Assembly (NCBI GenBank): GCA_951406725.2
Contig: OX597826.1
Location: 74,152,001-74,216,000 of the forward strand
From: Octopus vulgaris
Taxonomy: Eukaryota
Length of the DNA stretch: 64,000 bases
Direction of reading: 5' to 3'
Positions 37,360-51,389 of this stretch are shown here, one piece after another. The notes under the pieces were generated by a model, which was given only the letters and a program-made list of their open reading frames with translations, ran no database searches and was not told the origin of the DNA. The translations under genes and the position numbers were made by a program. The stretch's first letter is position 1, and each line of letters begins with the position of its first letter.

Positions 37360-37771
37360 CTACCTCTTCCAGGCACTTGATGTAGGCCTCCGTGTTGAGT
37401 GTGAGGCTGTGTGGGAGATGAATGGAGGTGTAACATTGCCATCATTAGTGATCATTCAAAACACCATGATGCTGACTGGATGTTTGATTTTTATCACTTT
37501 CAGTACATGTCCTCAAACTGCACTATCCTCAGGTCAACACCCAAATACTCTGAAATGTTCGTATTGGAGCTTCCGGCATGAATGCCAAGCAATAACAGCA
37601 TGTTGTTTCCAAATTTCTGGCAGAGTGAATTGCATCATGGTGCTGTTTTTCTCACAGATGGTGCCCAACTGACCCTACTATACTGTGTAGTCAACAAAAT
37701 CAAAAACAAGCAATACACATGCGTGAAATTAAAAATATAAAAATGGCATCAATTTACTCATCGCATCCTGT
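37360..37771 (-). mobile_element. maT-like element, 5' end with TIR, internally deleted
   Basis: Minus strand caggatgcgatgagtaaattgatgccat TIR-like start, then IKHPVSIMVF*MITNDGNVTPPFI and LTLNTEAYIKCLEEV. Confidence 0.65.
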
Positions 37772-38206
37772 GTATATAATGAATCAAGCCTCTTCCTGGC
37801 AGAACATACCGTATATAATAGTATCAGGAAAAATTTCAAGATTGCTATTAGTCACAAGATGGAGAACCTCTGGAATTTCATTAACAACTGGATACTAGCT
37901 GTATAGTGAATTATATGTCCACATCTGCACTCAGCTGCCAATTCAACCACATCAGCACATCTATTCTATTCAATACACTGATACGTTCAATACATTCAAT
38001 ATATTTGGATTTTACAAGGATTGTATGTCAATTGTTTCATTATATTGATCGTGCAGTCTCTACTTGAAGTTAGCCGCAAGTATTGATCTTTTGCTGTTAA
38101 AAATCAAACCTTTTATTTCTGCCTTCAGCCCAGAGCTTTTGAGTCATTGAGGACTTTTATTCTATCTTAATTCCTTATTATTTATGTTATTATTATTAAA
38201 TCTGTT

Positions 38207-38450
38207 TAAAGTGGAGAGCTGGCAGAATTGTTAACATGCTTGGTAAAATGCTTCATGGTATTTGACCTGTTTTTACATTCCAAGTTCAAATTCCGCCAAG
38301 GTCAACTTTGCCATTCACCCTTTCAGAGTTGATAAATTAAGTACCAGTGAAACTCTGGGGTTGATGTAATCGACTAGTCACCTCCCCCCCCCACACAAAA
38401 AAACAACTTCAGACCTTGTTCCTATTATAGAAAAGATTATAATTATTATT

Positions 38451-38483
<33 letters not shown>

Positions 38484-38810
38484 GCTAAGGCAGTGAGCAG
38501 GCAGAATCATTAGCACACAGGGCAAAATGCTTAGTGATATTTCTCCCATCTTAACATTCTGAGTTCAAATTCCACCGAGATCAGCTTAGCCTTTCATCCT
38601 TTCAAGGTCGATAAATTAAGTACCAGTCAAGTACTGGGGTCATTGTGATCGACTTCACCTCTCCCCACAAACTGCAGGCATTGTGCCTATAGTAGAAAGG
38701 ATTAGTAAATCTAATGAAGCCAGTGAGCTGGTAGAATCATTAACATGCCAGATAAAATGCTTAGCAGCATTTCTGCCACTTTTATTTTCTTTGCTCAAAT
38801 TCCAACAATT
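38207..38810 (+). mobile_element. Three head-to-tail SINE C copies
   Basis: The head gagc(t/a)gg(c/t)agaat(c/t)(g/a)tta(a/g)ca..aaaatgctt recurs at ~38215, 38495 and 38725. Confidence 0.8.
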
Positions 38811-38814
38811 TCAT

Positions 38815-38998
38815 CTTTACATTATTTACATTATTTACATTATTTACAATTGATGGATATTTGTCCTCATCTTGTTTGTTGTTAACATGTTTCAGCTGAT
38901 GTACCCTCCAGCCTTTATCAGGTGTCTTGGGGAAATTTCGAACCTGGGTTCTCATTCCTAAGGCATTTTTTCGATGATGATGATGTTGTTGTATGATG
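38815..38998 (-). mobile_element. Second copy of the hammerhead-bearing short element
   Basis: Matches 3157-3345. The core reads CTGATAA (mutated)-aggctg...cagct-GAAAC. Confidence 0.75.
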
Positions 38999-39002
38999 AC
39001 TT

Positions 39003-39225
<223 letters not shown>

Positions 39226-39893
39226 GAAATAAGAAAGTTGTCTCCTTCAATACAGATAATCAAATAAAAGAGTTGATGGTGAGAGGAGGAATTTGGTAAA
39301 TGGTAAAAACATCAGATGAGCTTAAAGGAATTGCGTAGAGAGACTATAAACCAGAGTAGCTGGAAGTTACCACTGCTGAAATCCAAGTGAAAGAAAGGAG
39401 TGGAAGAGAGTAGAATCAGCACACATTTACCTCAGCTACCTTTGGAGGGGCAGGGGTCACTGTATGTTGGGTCCACTTTCCTCCATTCTTTGAGTAAAGT
39501 TTCTGTTAAAAAGTTTGTTGATTTCATTCTTTGACTAATTTCGAAGCTAATTTCCTCTGATAAACTTTTTTTGTTTGATTGAAGTAGAAGAGATGCGTTT
39601 CAGTGATAGTTGTTTGATATTTACCGTCAATGATCAATCACGAATGATCGACATCTGTAACTCCTTGGTAACCGAGGTCATTGATCAGAGTCTTAAGAGA
39701 CACAACATAGACAAATTATTGATTATAAGATTAAATATCCAAAGCAAAAGGCATATCAAAGAAGAAAGTTTCATAACCCATTTACTTTGGAAATCAATCA
39801 GATATAGTCATTCAAAATTTCATTACCCTTAACTGCAGAAAGCAGTTTTAGACACCATTTTGTATTTTGCGGATGAAACTATTTTATTAAGGG

Positions 39894-40312
39894 TGTATGA
39901 GTTGACCCTGGTGAACGCCGTATGAGTCAACTGTGGTGAACAACTTTAAAGATATACTGATCTGGTGTACGATTATAAAGACATACAAATAGTGAATAAG
40001 TCAACCCTGGTGAATTACTGCAAAGGCATTCTTATGGTATGTAAGTCTATCAGGGTGGACACTGTATAAGTCAACTGTGGTGAACAATCTTAAAGACATA
40101 CTGAAGGGGCATATGTCAACCATAGTCAACACTTGAAGTGATTCATGGTGAATAGCTTTAATACATAATGACAGTGTATAAGTTTACCGTGATGAACATT
40201 GTACAAGTCAATCACAGTGAACAACCTTAAAGACATACTGACAGTGTTTCAGTTAACAGTGGTGAACAACGTTAAAAATATATTGATATTGTGTACGTTA
40301 ACCGTGATGAAT
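39894..40312. repeat. Degenerate minisatellite mixing ~24-bp and ~44-bp units
   Basis: Recurrent gtataagtcaac(c/t)gtggtgaac, with or without aaccttaaagacatactgaca. Confidence 0.8.
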
Positions 40313-40326
40313 TATTTTGAGTCTAT

Positions 40327-40624
40327 CTTCTTCTTCTTCTTGTCTTGAGACAGCATTCACCCGGGGTGGATTGAGCTGGCTTCATTCATCCTCAATGCTG
40401 CATCTCTCACAAACGCCGACCAGGCCTGGCAATTTGAGGCAAACGACTTCGTGATCTCCAACCACTCCTTATTCCAGTGGCGAACGCCGTAGACATGGGA
40501 GCCTAGGTTGGGTCCCAGATCAGCCTTGACTGTCATCAGCCAGGTTTTTCATTGTCCACCACATGGCTTTTGCCAAACCTGAAGGGGAGCTGGGGCAATT
40601 GCTTCGTAGATTGAATTCTCCTCG
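40327..40624 (-). mobile_element. 5'-truncated RTE LINE (SR2-like) with (GAA)n tail and 10-bp TSD
   Basis: TSD ttgagtctat at 40317-40326 and 40625-40634. Translation WQKPCGGQ*KTWLMTVKADLGP..VYGVRHWNKEW..AWSAFVRD. Confidence 0.85.
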
Positions 40625-40968
40625 TTGAGTCTATGAAGGCAATATAACTTGCAGAAGATCCTAGTTCTGTTTTTTTTTTAAATTTCACAACGAAAGGATT
40701 AAAGAATAGTTATAGGTTTAGTGATAATGGTTTATCTTATGGTTGGATGCATATTCCATTTTTTTTTCATAGACCAGCTCGACTTCCTCTTACTGCAATA
40801 ATTTTCCAGGTAGATTTTACTTTCATCATACCATTTTTATATGTTTTCTATTAGATATTTTATTAAAATATTTTTCAGACTTTGTTTTCTTCTGTAAATA
40901 TGTGTGGTCTTTTGTTGACTGACGACTCCTTATGCATGTCTTTCACACCATTCGTTTTTAGGACCCAA

Positions 40969-41027
<59 letters not shown>

Positions 41028-41031
<4 letters not shown>

Positions 41032-41325
41032 GGCATGTGGCTTAGTGTGAGGTCGTGAGTTCGATTCCAGGCAACGCGTTGTGTCCTTGAGCAAGACACT
41101 TTATTTCATGTTACTTCAGCCCACTCAGCTGGCAAAAATGAGTAGGACCTGTACTTCAAAGGGCTGGCTTTGTCACACTCTGTGTCACGCTGAATTTCCC
41201 TGAGAACTACATTAAGGGTACTCGTGTCTGTGGATTGCTCAGTCACTTGTACGTTAATTTCACGAGCAGGCTGTTCCATTGATCGGATCAGCTGGGACCC
41301 TCATTGTCGTAATCGACAGAGTGCT

Positions 41326-41328
<3 letters not shown>
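41028..41328 (+). mobile_element. tRNA-derived SINE with a family-D-like head and core but a different tail
   Basis: gaaggcatgtggcttagtg..gagttcgattcc..tgtgtccttgagcaagacactttatttc. Confidence 0.75.
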
Positions 41329-41365
<37 letters not shown>

Positions 41366-41518
41366 TGGCATTAGTGTTTGGTAAGAAGTTTACTTCTTAG
41401 TCACATGGTTCTGGGTTCAGGCCCACTGCATGCCACCTTGGGCAAGTGTCTCTTGCTATAGCCTCAGACTAACCAAAACTTGTTAGTGGATTTGGTAGAT
41501 GGAAACTGAAAAAGCCTA

Positions 41519-41577
<59 letters not shown>

Positions 41578-41595
41578 TACACACACACATACATA

Positions 41596-42541
41596 CAATA
41601 CCATACAAAAGTCTTTGGCCACTTTAAACTATTATAAATTTCTACAAATTGCCAACTTATAAATGAATGTTTCGCATTATGTTTTCTACAGATGAAACAT
41701 TGGCCCTGTTGCAGTCATTTCCATACCTAATCCTTATATTTTGTAGTAGGGGTTCTGAATGAGAAGGGAAGATGTGAGACGGCCACCAAAAATGGCTGTG
41801 CAAAAGTTTTCGGCTGCCTCCTGGAGGTCTTCTGACAAATTCTCGCTTATCAGAAAGCAAAACGACTCTTGTTATATGACAAAAGCAGTGAAGTTTGGTG
41901 CTAAGAGTCTGATGCTTTGGGAATAATTGATGGTGACATGAATAATGCCAAATACATCCAGTTGCTGAAGGACAATTCGATACCAGACTTGGATGAAGAT
42001 GAGATTTTTCAGCATGGCAGAGCTCCATGCCAGAGATCACATGCAACACAACAGAGTCTGGCTGATGAAGGTGCTACTGGATTGAAAGATTGGTCAGCTC
42101 AGGGCCCTGACTTAAATATCATCAAACAAATGTGGACAGAACTGAAGAGAAGAATTCACCAGAAGAATCCATGCAATCCTGAAGAATTGTGCAAGTTCTG
42201 CCACAGAGAAAGGCATCGCGTACCTGTGAAGATAGTGAAGGATTTGTACACATCTCTTCCCAGGTGCATTGAAGCAATTATTGAAGCTAAGGGAAGCCAC
42301 ACGAAATATCAACAATGTACCGTAACTTCTTGAAATGAACATTATGTAATAAATTTCCGTTATAGACATTTTTCTGCTTTAAAACATTGTATCATAACTG
42401 GTTTATATAAGGTGGCCGAAAACTTTTGCACGACCAATTTTGGTGGCCATCTTGCATATTCTCCTCACATTTAGAACCCCTACTAGAAAATATAAGGATT
42501 AGGTATGGAAATGACTGCAACAGGGCCAATGTTTCATCTGT
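41596..42541 (+). mobile_element. Tc1 element with long IR/DR-type TIRs, internally deleted
   Basis: ORF 41917-42333 contains IFQHGRAPC..WSAQGPDLNIIKQMW, a decayed FQQDNAP/SPDLNPIE pair. Inverted repeats at 41688-41819 and 42410-42541. Confidence 0.88.
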
Positions 42542-42568
42542 GTGTAGTGGCTACTGATCTATCATGCC

Positions 42569-42613
<45 letters not shown>

Positions 42614-42614
42614 G

Positions 42615-42950
42615 ATATGGTGACCCCCTTCGGATCAGACACTGACCATGGGTTTGCACCTAGAGAGTTACCCTCTGAGGCACAAGTCTGGGCAAGGTTG
42701 TTTTTTATGGAAGACCGGCAGTCGCCCATGCATACCGGCCTCTCCTCTCCACGTCACCGATGTTGTCCAAGGGAAAGGCAAGGGCCGATACAGCTTGGCA
42801 CCTGTGACGTCGCAACTCATTTCTACAGCTGAGTGAACTGGAGCAACGTGAGATAAAGTGTCTTGCTCAAGAACACAACACGCAGCCCGGTCCGGGATTC
42901 GAGCTCACAACCTCACGATCATAAGCTCGACGCTCTAACCACTGAGCCAT
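42615..42950 (-). mobile_element. SINE family D
   Basis: Closely similar to 10904-11242. Confidence 0.9.
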
Positions 42951-43584
42951 ATATAGGCACACATACACGTAGATAGAGAGATGGCGATAACTGAAAGGTG
43001 CTATAAAAATTAATAACCAAAATATAATGGGCTATAAAAAATGAACTGAAATAGTGTTACCTTCCCAGATGACGATCGTAAAACCATGACAACAACAAAA
43101 TACACTCACGCACACACACACAATCATCCATACATACACACACACACACACATGCATGTATATGTATATATAGTTACACATATGAAGCAAAAACAAAACC
43201 ATGCATGGAAGCCCACATGTGGATGCTCCTGGTCATAAACACAAAAGCGTAACCATTACCAGCCCATTAATAATTAAACACATGCATGCACACAATGCGA
43301 CACACACACACATGCACACACACACATGCACACATGCACATGCACACACACACACACATGTACACAGTCACGATACATATAAATGCCAAACATGGAAAGT
43401 AAATTAGACAGTCTGAGGAAAAAGCATTGTTGGAAAAGCTACGGTTGTTTGGAGAGACTTTGGGAAATCAATTAACTAAATCAATCAATTAAATTAATTA
43501 ATTAATAATGGCAATAAATGAACAACAACCTGGATGTGTATTTTTGTTGGCAGAATGACCTTCTTAAAGTACAATATTATGCTA

Positions 43585-43617
<33 letters not shown>

Positions 43618-43817
43618 CACACGCATACACATATACACACAGGTATGGTGATGAAAACAGGTAAAATAGAACTCAAAAATATGCGTATATGTATGTTTTT
43701 ATTAATATTTAACGGAAGCAACGGAGTGACTCAAAGGCAGAGAGTTTTGGGCATTGGCACAACACACAAGACTCTCAGCACTTGAGTCATTCTGTTGCTT
43801 CTGCTAAATATTAATAT

Positions 43818-43915
<98 letters not shown>

Positions 43916-43951
43916 GCATATATATGCATATATATACAAATACATACATAC

Positions 43952-43988
<37 letters not shown>

Positions 43989-44052
43989 CATATATATATA
44001 TATGTATGTATATATATACATATGTATACATACATACATACATACTTACATA

Positions 44053-44103
<51 letters not shown>

Positions 44104-44139
44104 TATGTATGTATTTATATACACATATATACATATATT

Positions 44140-44245
44140 GTTCCGGGTTCAGTCCCACTGGCAAGTGTCTTCTACTATAGCCTCAGACCGACCAAAGCCT
44201 TGTGAGTGGATTTGGTAGGCGGAAACTGAAAAGAAGCCTGTCGTA

Positions 44246-44289
<44 letters not shown>

Positions 44290-44548
44290 TATGTATGTAT
44301 GTATATTGGTATGTATGTATGTGTGTGTATATGTTTGTGTGTCTGTGTTTGTCTCTCCAACATCGCTTGACAACTGATGCTGGTGTGTTTATGTCCCCGT
44401 AACTTAGCAACTTGGCAAAAGAGACTGATAGAATAAGAACTAGGCTTACAAAGAATGAGTTCTGGGGTTGATGTGCTCGACTAAAGGTGGTGCTCCAGCA
44501 TGGCCACAGTCAAATGACTGAAACAAGTAAAAGAGTAAAGAGTAAGAG
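44140..44548 (+). mobile_element. SINE family A (5' clipped)
   Basis: Core, internal (TA)/(GT) tract and aaaagagt tail. Confidence 0.88.
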
Positions 44549-45238
44549 TATATGGATTATGAATGTTTAGTTTTATCAGCTGCCTGATCAGTGTGATAAT
44601 TAAGGGAAAATTAATTAATTAATAAGAAGGGAAATCGGAGGGACGGTTGTTTGTATTAAAGACTTGTTTGTTTCAGATGAAATAAATCTGTGTTGTATGA
44701 AAATGGGAGTTGAGTCATCGTTTGATCGAGATGGATTGGCTAAATACCCTATTGCTTTCACAGAAACTGGTTTCATGCCAAAAGGGTATATCGGGGGTAC
44801 AGGGGTTTGTATCAGTCATTCATCAATGTCTTCTTTGCCCCCGTATTTTTTATTATTTTACCGTATTGACGTCAAGCAGAAAGCTGAATTGCACAACGAA
44901 ATCCGTTTCCTGTGGTTCATTCTATTCCAAATAACAATATCCAAGATGTGTATGTGTGTGCATGCACACACATGTGTATGTGTGTATGTGTGTGCATGTG
45001 TGAGTGTGAGTATGTAGTGCAAACTACCTGTTTCAGCTCTGTCAAATTTTGTGGGGATTTTATTTTTTGTGGAACCATGGATATGGAAGTAGTTACAGGG
45101 TTTTGAATGTTGTATATATGTGTGTGTGTGTGTGTATGTGTATGTAACTATATATATGTGTTTGTGTGTGTGTATGTGTATGTAACTATATATATGTGTT
45201 TGTGTGTGTGTGTGTGTATGTGTATGTAACTATATATA

Positions 45239-45271
<33 letters not shown>

Positions 45272-45625
45272 AACTATATATATGTGTTTGTGTGTGTGTG
45301 TGTGTAGGTGCAGGCATAGTTATGTGGTAAGAAGTTTGTTTCCCAATCAGATGAACCTGGGTTCAATCCCAGTGTGGCACTTAGGACAAGTGTTTTTTAC
45401 TTCAGTCCTGGGGTCAACTAACCCTTGTGAGTGAATAACTGGTAGATGGAAGCTGAAAGAAGCTTTTTGCATATATGTGTGTGTGTGTGTGTGTGTGTTT
45501 GCATATGCATATTTTTTTAATAACAGTTTATGTTATATAATATTATATTCATAGTATATCATGTAATATCATAATATAAATAAATTATTGGATTGTCAAT
45601 AGTATCTCCCTAGTTAATTTAACTT

Positions 45626-45666
<41 letters not shown>

Positions 45667-45765
45667 TGTCTACTTCTTCTTTAATGCTTCAATGGTCTAA
45701 TGAGTGTTTTTTTTTCTACTTTTGTTCTGTCTTCAGGCACCAGTTTATTCATATTGCCCCTGAGA

Positions 45766-45801
<36 letters not shown>

Positions 45802-45886
45802 TAATAATAATAATAATAATAATAATAAGGTAAGAGACTGAAACGAACCAATTGGTTTTCGCGTTAACTGTTCATCGTTTGAGTAG

Positions 45887-45953
<67 letters not shown>

Positions 45954-46736
45954 CCATGTCTACTTATTTCTTTAATGCTTCAATGGTCTAATGAGTGTTT
46001 TTTTTTTCTACTTTTGTTCTGTCTTCAGGTACCAGTTTATTCATATTGCCCCTGAGATAACATCACAAACTTCATTCAATGACCTCTGACATAAGCTAGA
46101 ATTCCGTATATGGACTACCTTTCTCTTTCTCAATATCTGACTCTATGATGGATCTCTTGAACTCACTGCAACTGCAACTCTGTAAGTCAGAATTATTATT
46201 ATTATCATTATTTTTTCTTTCCAGAAGATTCCAAAGAGAAAATGACATGCAAACATAATGTTAAGTCACGCAAACCCCTGTATACCAAAGACCCAGTTCA
46301 TAGAGCTGTATGGTACTTATTTAATCGATCCTGAAAGGATGAAAAGCAAAGTCAACCTCAGCGGAATTTGAACTCAGAATGTAACGGCAGACGAATAGAG
46401 CTGTATTTTTGTATAAAGTTACAAATATGGAAGCAAAACCAAGAATTAAGGGGTCTTAAAATAAACCTAATGAAGACAAAATTTTTATTTAGGGGAGAGA
46501 AAAAAAATGAGATACTTCTATATTTAATATCTGTTTTTTTTTTTCATTTGTTTCAGTCACTGAATGGTGGCCATGCTGGGGCACCGCCTGGCAGGGTTTT
46601 TGTTGAACAATTTAAACTTAAGCCTAGTACTTATTCTATCAGTGTCTTTTGCCGAATTGCTAAGTTACAGGGACATAGACAAAACAGCAACAATTGTCAA
46701 GCAGTGGTGTGTGACAAATACAAACACAAAGACATT

Positions 46737-46816
<80 letters not shown>

Positions 46817-47169
46817 ATGAACCAGTTTCAGGAAAATAGAGAATATACATATATATCATCATCATCATCATCATTTAACGTCCGTTTTCCGCGCTAGCAC
46901 GGGTTGGACGGTTTCGACCGGGGTCTGGGGAGCTCGGGACTGCCCCAGGCTCCAGTCTAGTCTGGCAGTGTTTCTACAGCTGGATGCCCTTCCTAACGCC
47001 AACCACTCCGCGAGTGTAGTGGGTGTTTTTTACGTGCCACCTGCACAGGTGCCAGAGGGGTCTGGCATCGGCCACGTTCGGATGGTGCTTTTTATGGGGG
47101 GGTGCAGAAATATAGGGGAGCACCAGTGGGAGGGGTGGTTCAGAGGACAGGTACTAGGCAAGTAGAACG

Positions 47170-47455
47170 TAGGATATCGATACATATTACTCGAAGCCTT
47201 CGATGAAATAGAAGGGGATATAGCATCACATAATGTGGAAGACAACTGGAGGTTTCTATGGGACAACCTGTTGAGGGCTACTGACCAGATCTGTGGATGG
47301 TGCAAAGTCCCCTCTCGACCCAAGGTAATGTGGTGGTGGAACAATGTAGTTGACAGGGCTATTAGTCAAAAGAAACAGGCTTGGAAGGACTGGAAGAACG
47401 GAGGAATTGTATCAGCCTGCCAGAAGGGAAGCTAGGAGATAGGTTTATTTAGCCA
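47170..47455 (+). mobile_element. RTE LINE internal fragment (EN-RT linker)
   Basis: VEDNWRFLWDNLLRATDQICGWCK..KVMWWWNNVVDRAISQKKQAWKDW; the WWN..KK.AW pattern is typical of RTE ORFs. Confidence 0.75.
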
Positions 47456-47603
47456 GGACTTTGTAAGCCTAGTACTTATTCTATCGGTCTCTTTTGCCGA
47501 ACTGCTAAGTGACGGTCCCGCAAACATACCAGCATTGGTTGTCAAGCGACGTTGGGGTGGGGGTGGGGGCAAACACAGACACACAAACATACACACACAC
47601 ACA

Positions 47604-47645
<42 letters not shown>

Positions 47646-48324
47646 CACACACATATATATATACAAGGGGCCTCTTTCAGTTTCCATCTACCAAATCCAC
47701 TCACAAGGTTTGGTCGGCCTGAGGCTATAGTAGAAGACACTTGCCCAATTGCCATGCAGTGGGATTGAACACGGAACCATGTGGTTGGTAAGCAAACTAC
47801 TAACCACACAGCCACTCCTGCACCTATATATATATATATAAATTGACAAAAAAAAAAAAGCAAAGAAAACTGCCATTTTTACTTGTTCTCTTTAAAAACC
47901 AATTATACAACATTCTCACCCAGTTCCGAATGCAAACTTCTCCATTTTTGATCCAAGTTCCTTCATCATTTCAAAACAGCTAAACACAAAATCTTCGCTT
48001 AAGCAGTAACAATTACCGTTCAGAATGCTGTCTGACCTTAAGGTAAATACATTTTCTACAAAGTCTATCAGTGTTTATAAAATGTTTAACAATTCCTCTG
48101 CATTTCAAGTATAAACATTTAGATAAAAATCAGTGATGAGGGGCTGGGTGAGAAATGAGGGCTGTTGCTAGATGGTATCTGCAGCAGATGGTGACCTGGG
48201 AAAACATGGGAAAAAGTGCTGAGGTCAGATCACAGCAATATTGGGCCACACAGAAGAGAGATATTATGCTGTAGAGCAAATATGCTGAACCCCTGGCAGC
48301 ATGGAAAAGGAAAAATGCTATTAA

Positions 48325-49192
48325 GATGGTGGTAGTGGTGGTGGTGATGGTGGTGGTGGTGGGGAGGGATGGTGTTAGTGGTGGTGATGATGATGATGGT
48401 GGTGGTGGTGGTGGTGGTGATGTCAGTGGTGGTGATGATGATGGTGGTGGTGGTGGTGATGTCAGTGGTGGAGAGTGATGGTGTTAGTGGTGGTGATGAT
48501 GATGGTGGTGGTGGTGGTGGTGGTGGTGGTGATGTCAGTGGTGGAGAGTGATGGTGTTAGTGTGGTGATGATGATGGTGGTGGTGGTGGTGATGTCAGTG
48601 GTGGAGAGTGATGGTGTTAGTGGTGGTGATGATGATGATGGTGGTGGTGGTGATGTCAGTGGTAGAGAGTGATGGTGTTGGTGGTGATGATGATGGTGGT
48701 GGTGGTGGTGGTAGTGGTGGTGATGTCAGTGGTGGAGAGTGATGGTGTCAGTGGTGGGGATGATGATGGTGGTGGTGGTGGTGGTGGTGATGTCAGTGGT
48801 GGAGAGTGATGGTGTTGGTGGTGATGATGATGATGGTGGTGGTGGTGGTGGTGGTGATGTCAGTGGTAGAGAGTGATGGTGTTAGTGGTGGTGATGATGA
48901 TGGTGGTGGTGGTGGTGGTGGTGGTGATGTGGTGGTGGTGGTGATGGTGTTGGTGGTGATGATGATGATGGTGGTGGTGGTGGTGGTGGTGGTTATGATG
49001 AATGTAGTAGTGGTGGTAGTGATGGGTGTAGTGATAAGGTGGTGATGGTGTTAGTGGTGGTGGTGGTGATGATGGTAGTGGTGGTGGTGGTGGTAATGAT
49101 GGTAGTGGTGGTGGTGGGTAGTGACAGTAGTAGCAGCAGTGGTGGTGGTGAGGATGATGATGATGATGACGATGATGATGGTGATGATGACG
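48325..49192. repeat. (GGT/GAT)n trinucleotide region with a higher-order unit
   Basis: Recurrent gatgtcagtggt(g/a)gagagtgatggtgt between GGT and GAT runs. Confidence 0.92.
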
Positions 49193-49367
49193 ATTACATT
49201 ATTATGTCTTGGTTAAGATGTTAGGTTATTTTGACTATGATAATCAGAGTCATGTGACCTACCCAGAGGAAGAACTCAATAGAGGCAGCAAGGTTTGAAC
49301 TGATAACCATGAGATTAGTTGCCCAGAAGCTTCTTAACCTTGCATCTATTCTGTCTCTTTTACCCCT

Positions 49368-50228
49368 TGGCCGTGTGGTAAGAAGTTTGCTTCCCAACTA
49401 TATGGTTCTGGGTTCAATCCCACTGCATGGCACCTTGGGAGAGTTTCTTCTACTGTAGCCTCAGACTAACCAAAGCCTTGTGAGTGGATTTGGTAGATGG
49501 AAACTAAAAGAAGCCCATTGTGTATATGTGTGTGTGTGTTTGTATGTGTTTGTGTGTGTTTGTATTTGTTTGTCCCCTTCTACTAATTGGCAACCGGTGC
49601 TGGTGTGTTTACATCCCTGCAACTAAGCGTTTTGGCAAAAAGGTCCGATAGCATAAGTACTGGGCTTAAAAAATAAAAATTACTGGCGTTTATTCATTCG
49701 ACTAAAATTCTTCAAGATGGTGCCCCAGCATGGCCGCAGTCTAAAGACTGAAACAAGTAAAAGATAAAAGGCTTATGTCTAATTAAGAAATAATTATATA
49801 ATTATATAGGTGCAGGAGTGGCTGTGTGGTAAGTAGCTTGCTTACCAACCACATGGTTCCGGGTTCATTCCCACTGCGTGGCACCTTGGGCAAGTGTCTT
49901 CTACTATAGCCTCGGGCCGACCAAAGCCTTGTGTGTGGATTTGGTAGACGGATACTGAAAGAAGCCTGTCGTACATATGTATATATATATGTATGTGTGT
50001 GTATATGTTTGTGTGTCTGTGTTTGTGCCCCCAACATCGCTTGACAACCAATGCTGGTGTGTTTACATCCCCGTAACTTAGCAGTTCAGCAAAAGAAACC
50101 GATAGAATAAGTACTAGGCTTCCAAAGAATATGTCCTGGGGTCGATTCGATCGACTAAAGACGGTGCTCCAGCATGGCCACAGTCAAATGACTGAAACAA
50201 GTAAAAGAATAAAAGAATAAAAAGAATA
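49368..50228 (+). mobile_element. Two tandem SINE A copies (49368-49770 and 49808-50228)
   Basis: Each has head, core, internal microsatellite and tail. Confidence 0.9.
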
Positions 50229-51000
50229 ATCTTGGTAGATACAGTTAACGATATTCTACTCATTAGTTAATATCCATGAACAAGGAATAATTTTAATTTG
50301 GTTTTTATTCCAAAAGCTGAGACAATCTTCTCTTGAAGATCGTTCATTTCTTGGAGAGCGGAATTCTGTGATTCTTTACGCTTATTATACGTGACATTTT
50401 GTTGTAGACTTCAGTTTTGATGAACGAGGAATGGCTGAAATCGGAGATAAATATTAAAATGTAAAAAACCGGATGCTAAAACGAAGGGGGTATTTTTATT
50501 ACGGATCATGAAATGTAAGAAGTCTGATGGGAGATTAAGCAACAGAGAAAAATGTGTGTAAAAGCTGGAGAAGACTCCATAAAGAAATGTTGTAAAACTC
50601 AAGATATAAGTATGAGATTGGGGCAAAAGGAAAGGGGCAGGATGTTGAGAAGAAGTTGAAGGGGAAATAGGAAATATTTTGTTATCGTCTATCTTATCTG
50701 TTTCAATCATTAGACCAAGGCCATGCTGGGGCACCGCCTTGAAGGATTTTAGTTGAATGAATGAATGAACCCCAGTTTTTTTAAATTTTTTTTTTTAAGC
50801 CTGTTACTTATTTTATTGGTCTCTTTTTGCTGAGCTGCTAAGTTACAGGGATCACTTGTTCTCATGATGGGATATGTGAGCAGATGTGTGTGCATATGTG
50901 TGTGCATACGTGTGTGTATATGTGTGTATGTGTGTGTGGAGGCACATGGCTGAGTGGTTAGGATGTTGTCATCACTTGTTATCATGTGGGAATGGGGGAT

Positions 51001-51036
<36 letters not shown>

Positions 51037-51389
51037 GGACTTCTTTTAGTTTCTTATTTCTTTATTGCCCAGAAGGGGCTAAACATAGAGGGGACAAACA
51101 AGGACAGACAAAGAGATTAAGTCGATTACATTGACCCCAGTGCATAACTGGTACTTAATTTATCGACCCCTGGAAGGTTGAAAAGCAAAGTCGACCTCTG
51201 TGGAATTTGAACTCAGAACTTAACGGCAGATGAAATACCGCTAAGTGTTTCGCCCGGCATGCTAATGTTTCTGCCAGCTCACCACCTTCTTTAAGCTTCC
51301 GTCTACCAAATCCACTCACAGGGCTTTGGTTGGCCTGAGGCTATAGTTGAAGACACTTGCCCAAGGTGCCACGCAGTGGGATTGAACCC

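Noticed and set aside
44664-45017. 117-aa ORF in unique sequence with a good acceptor at 44676
   Set aside because: No strong donor, no recognisable domain, and it runs into a (GT)n tract.
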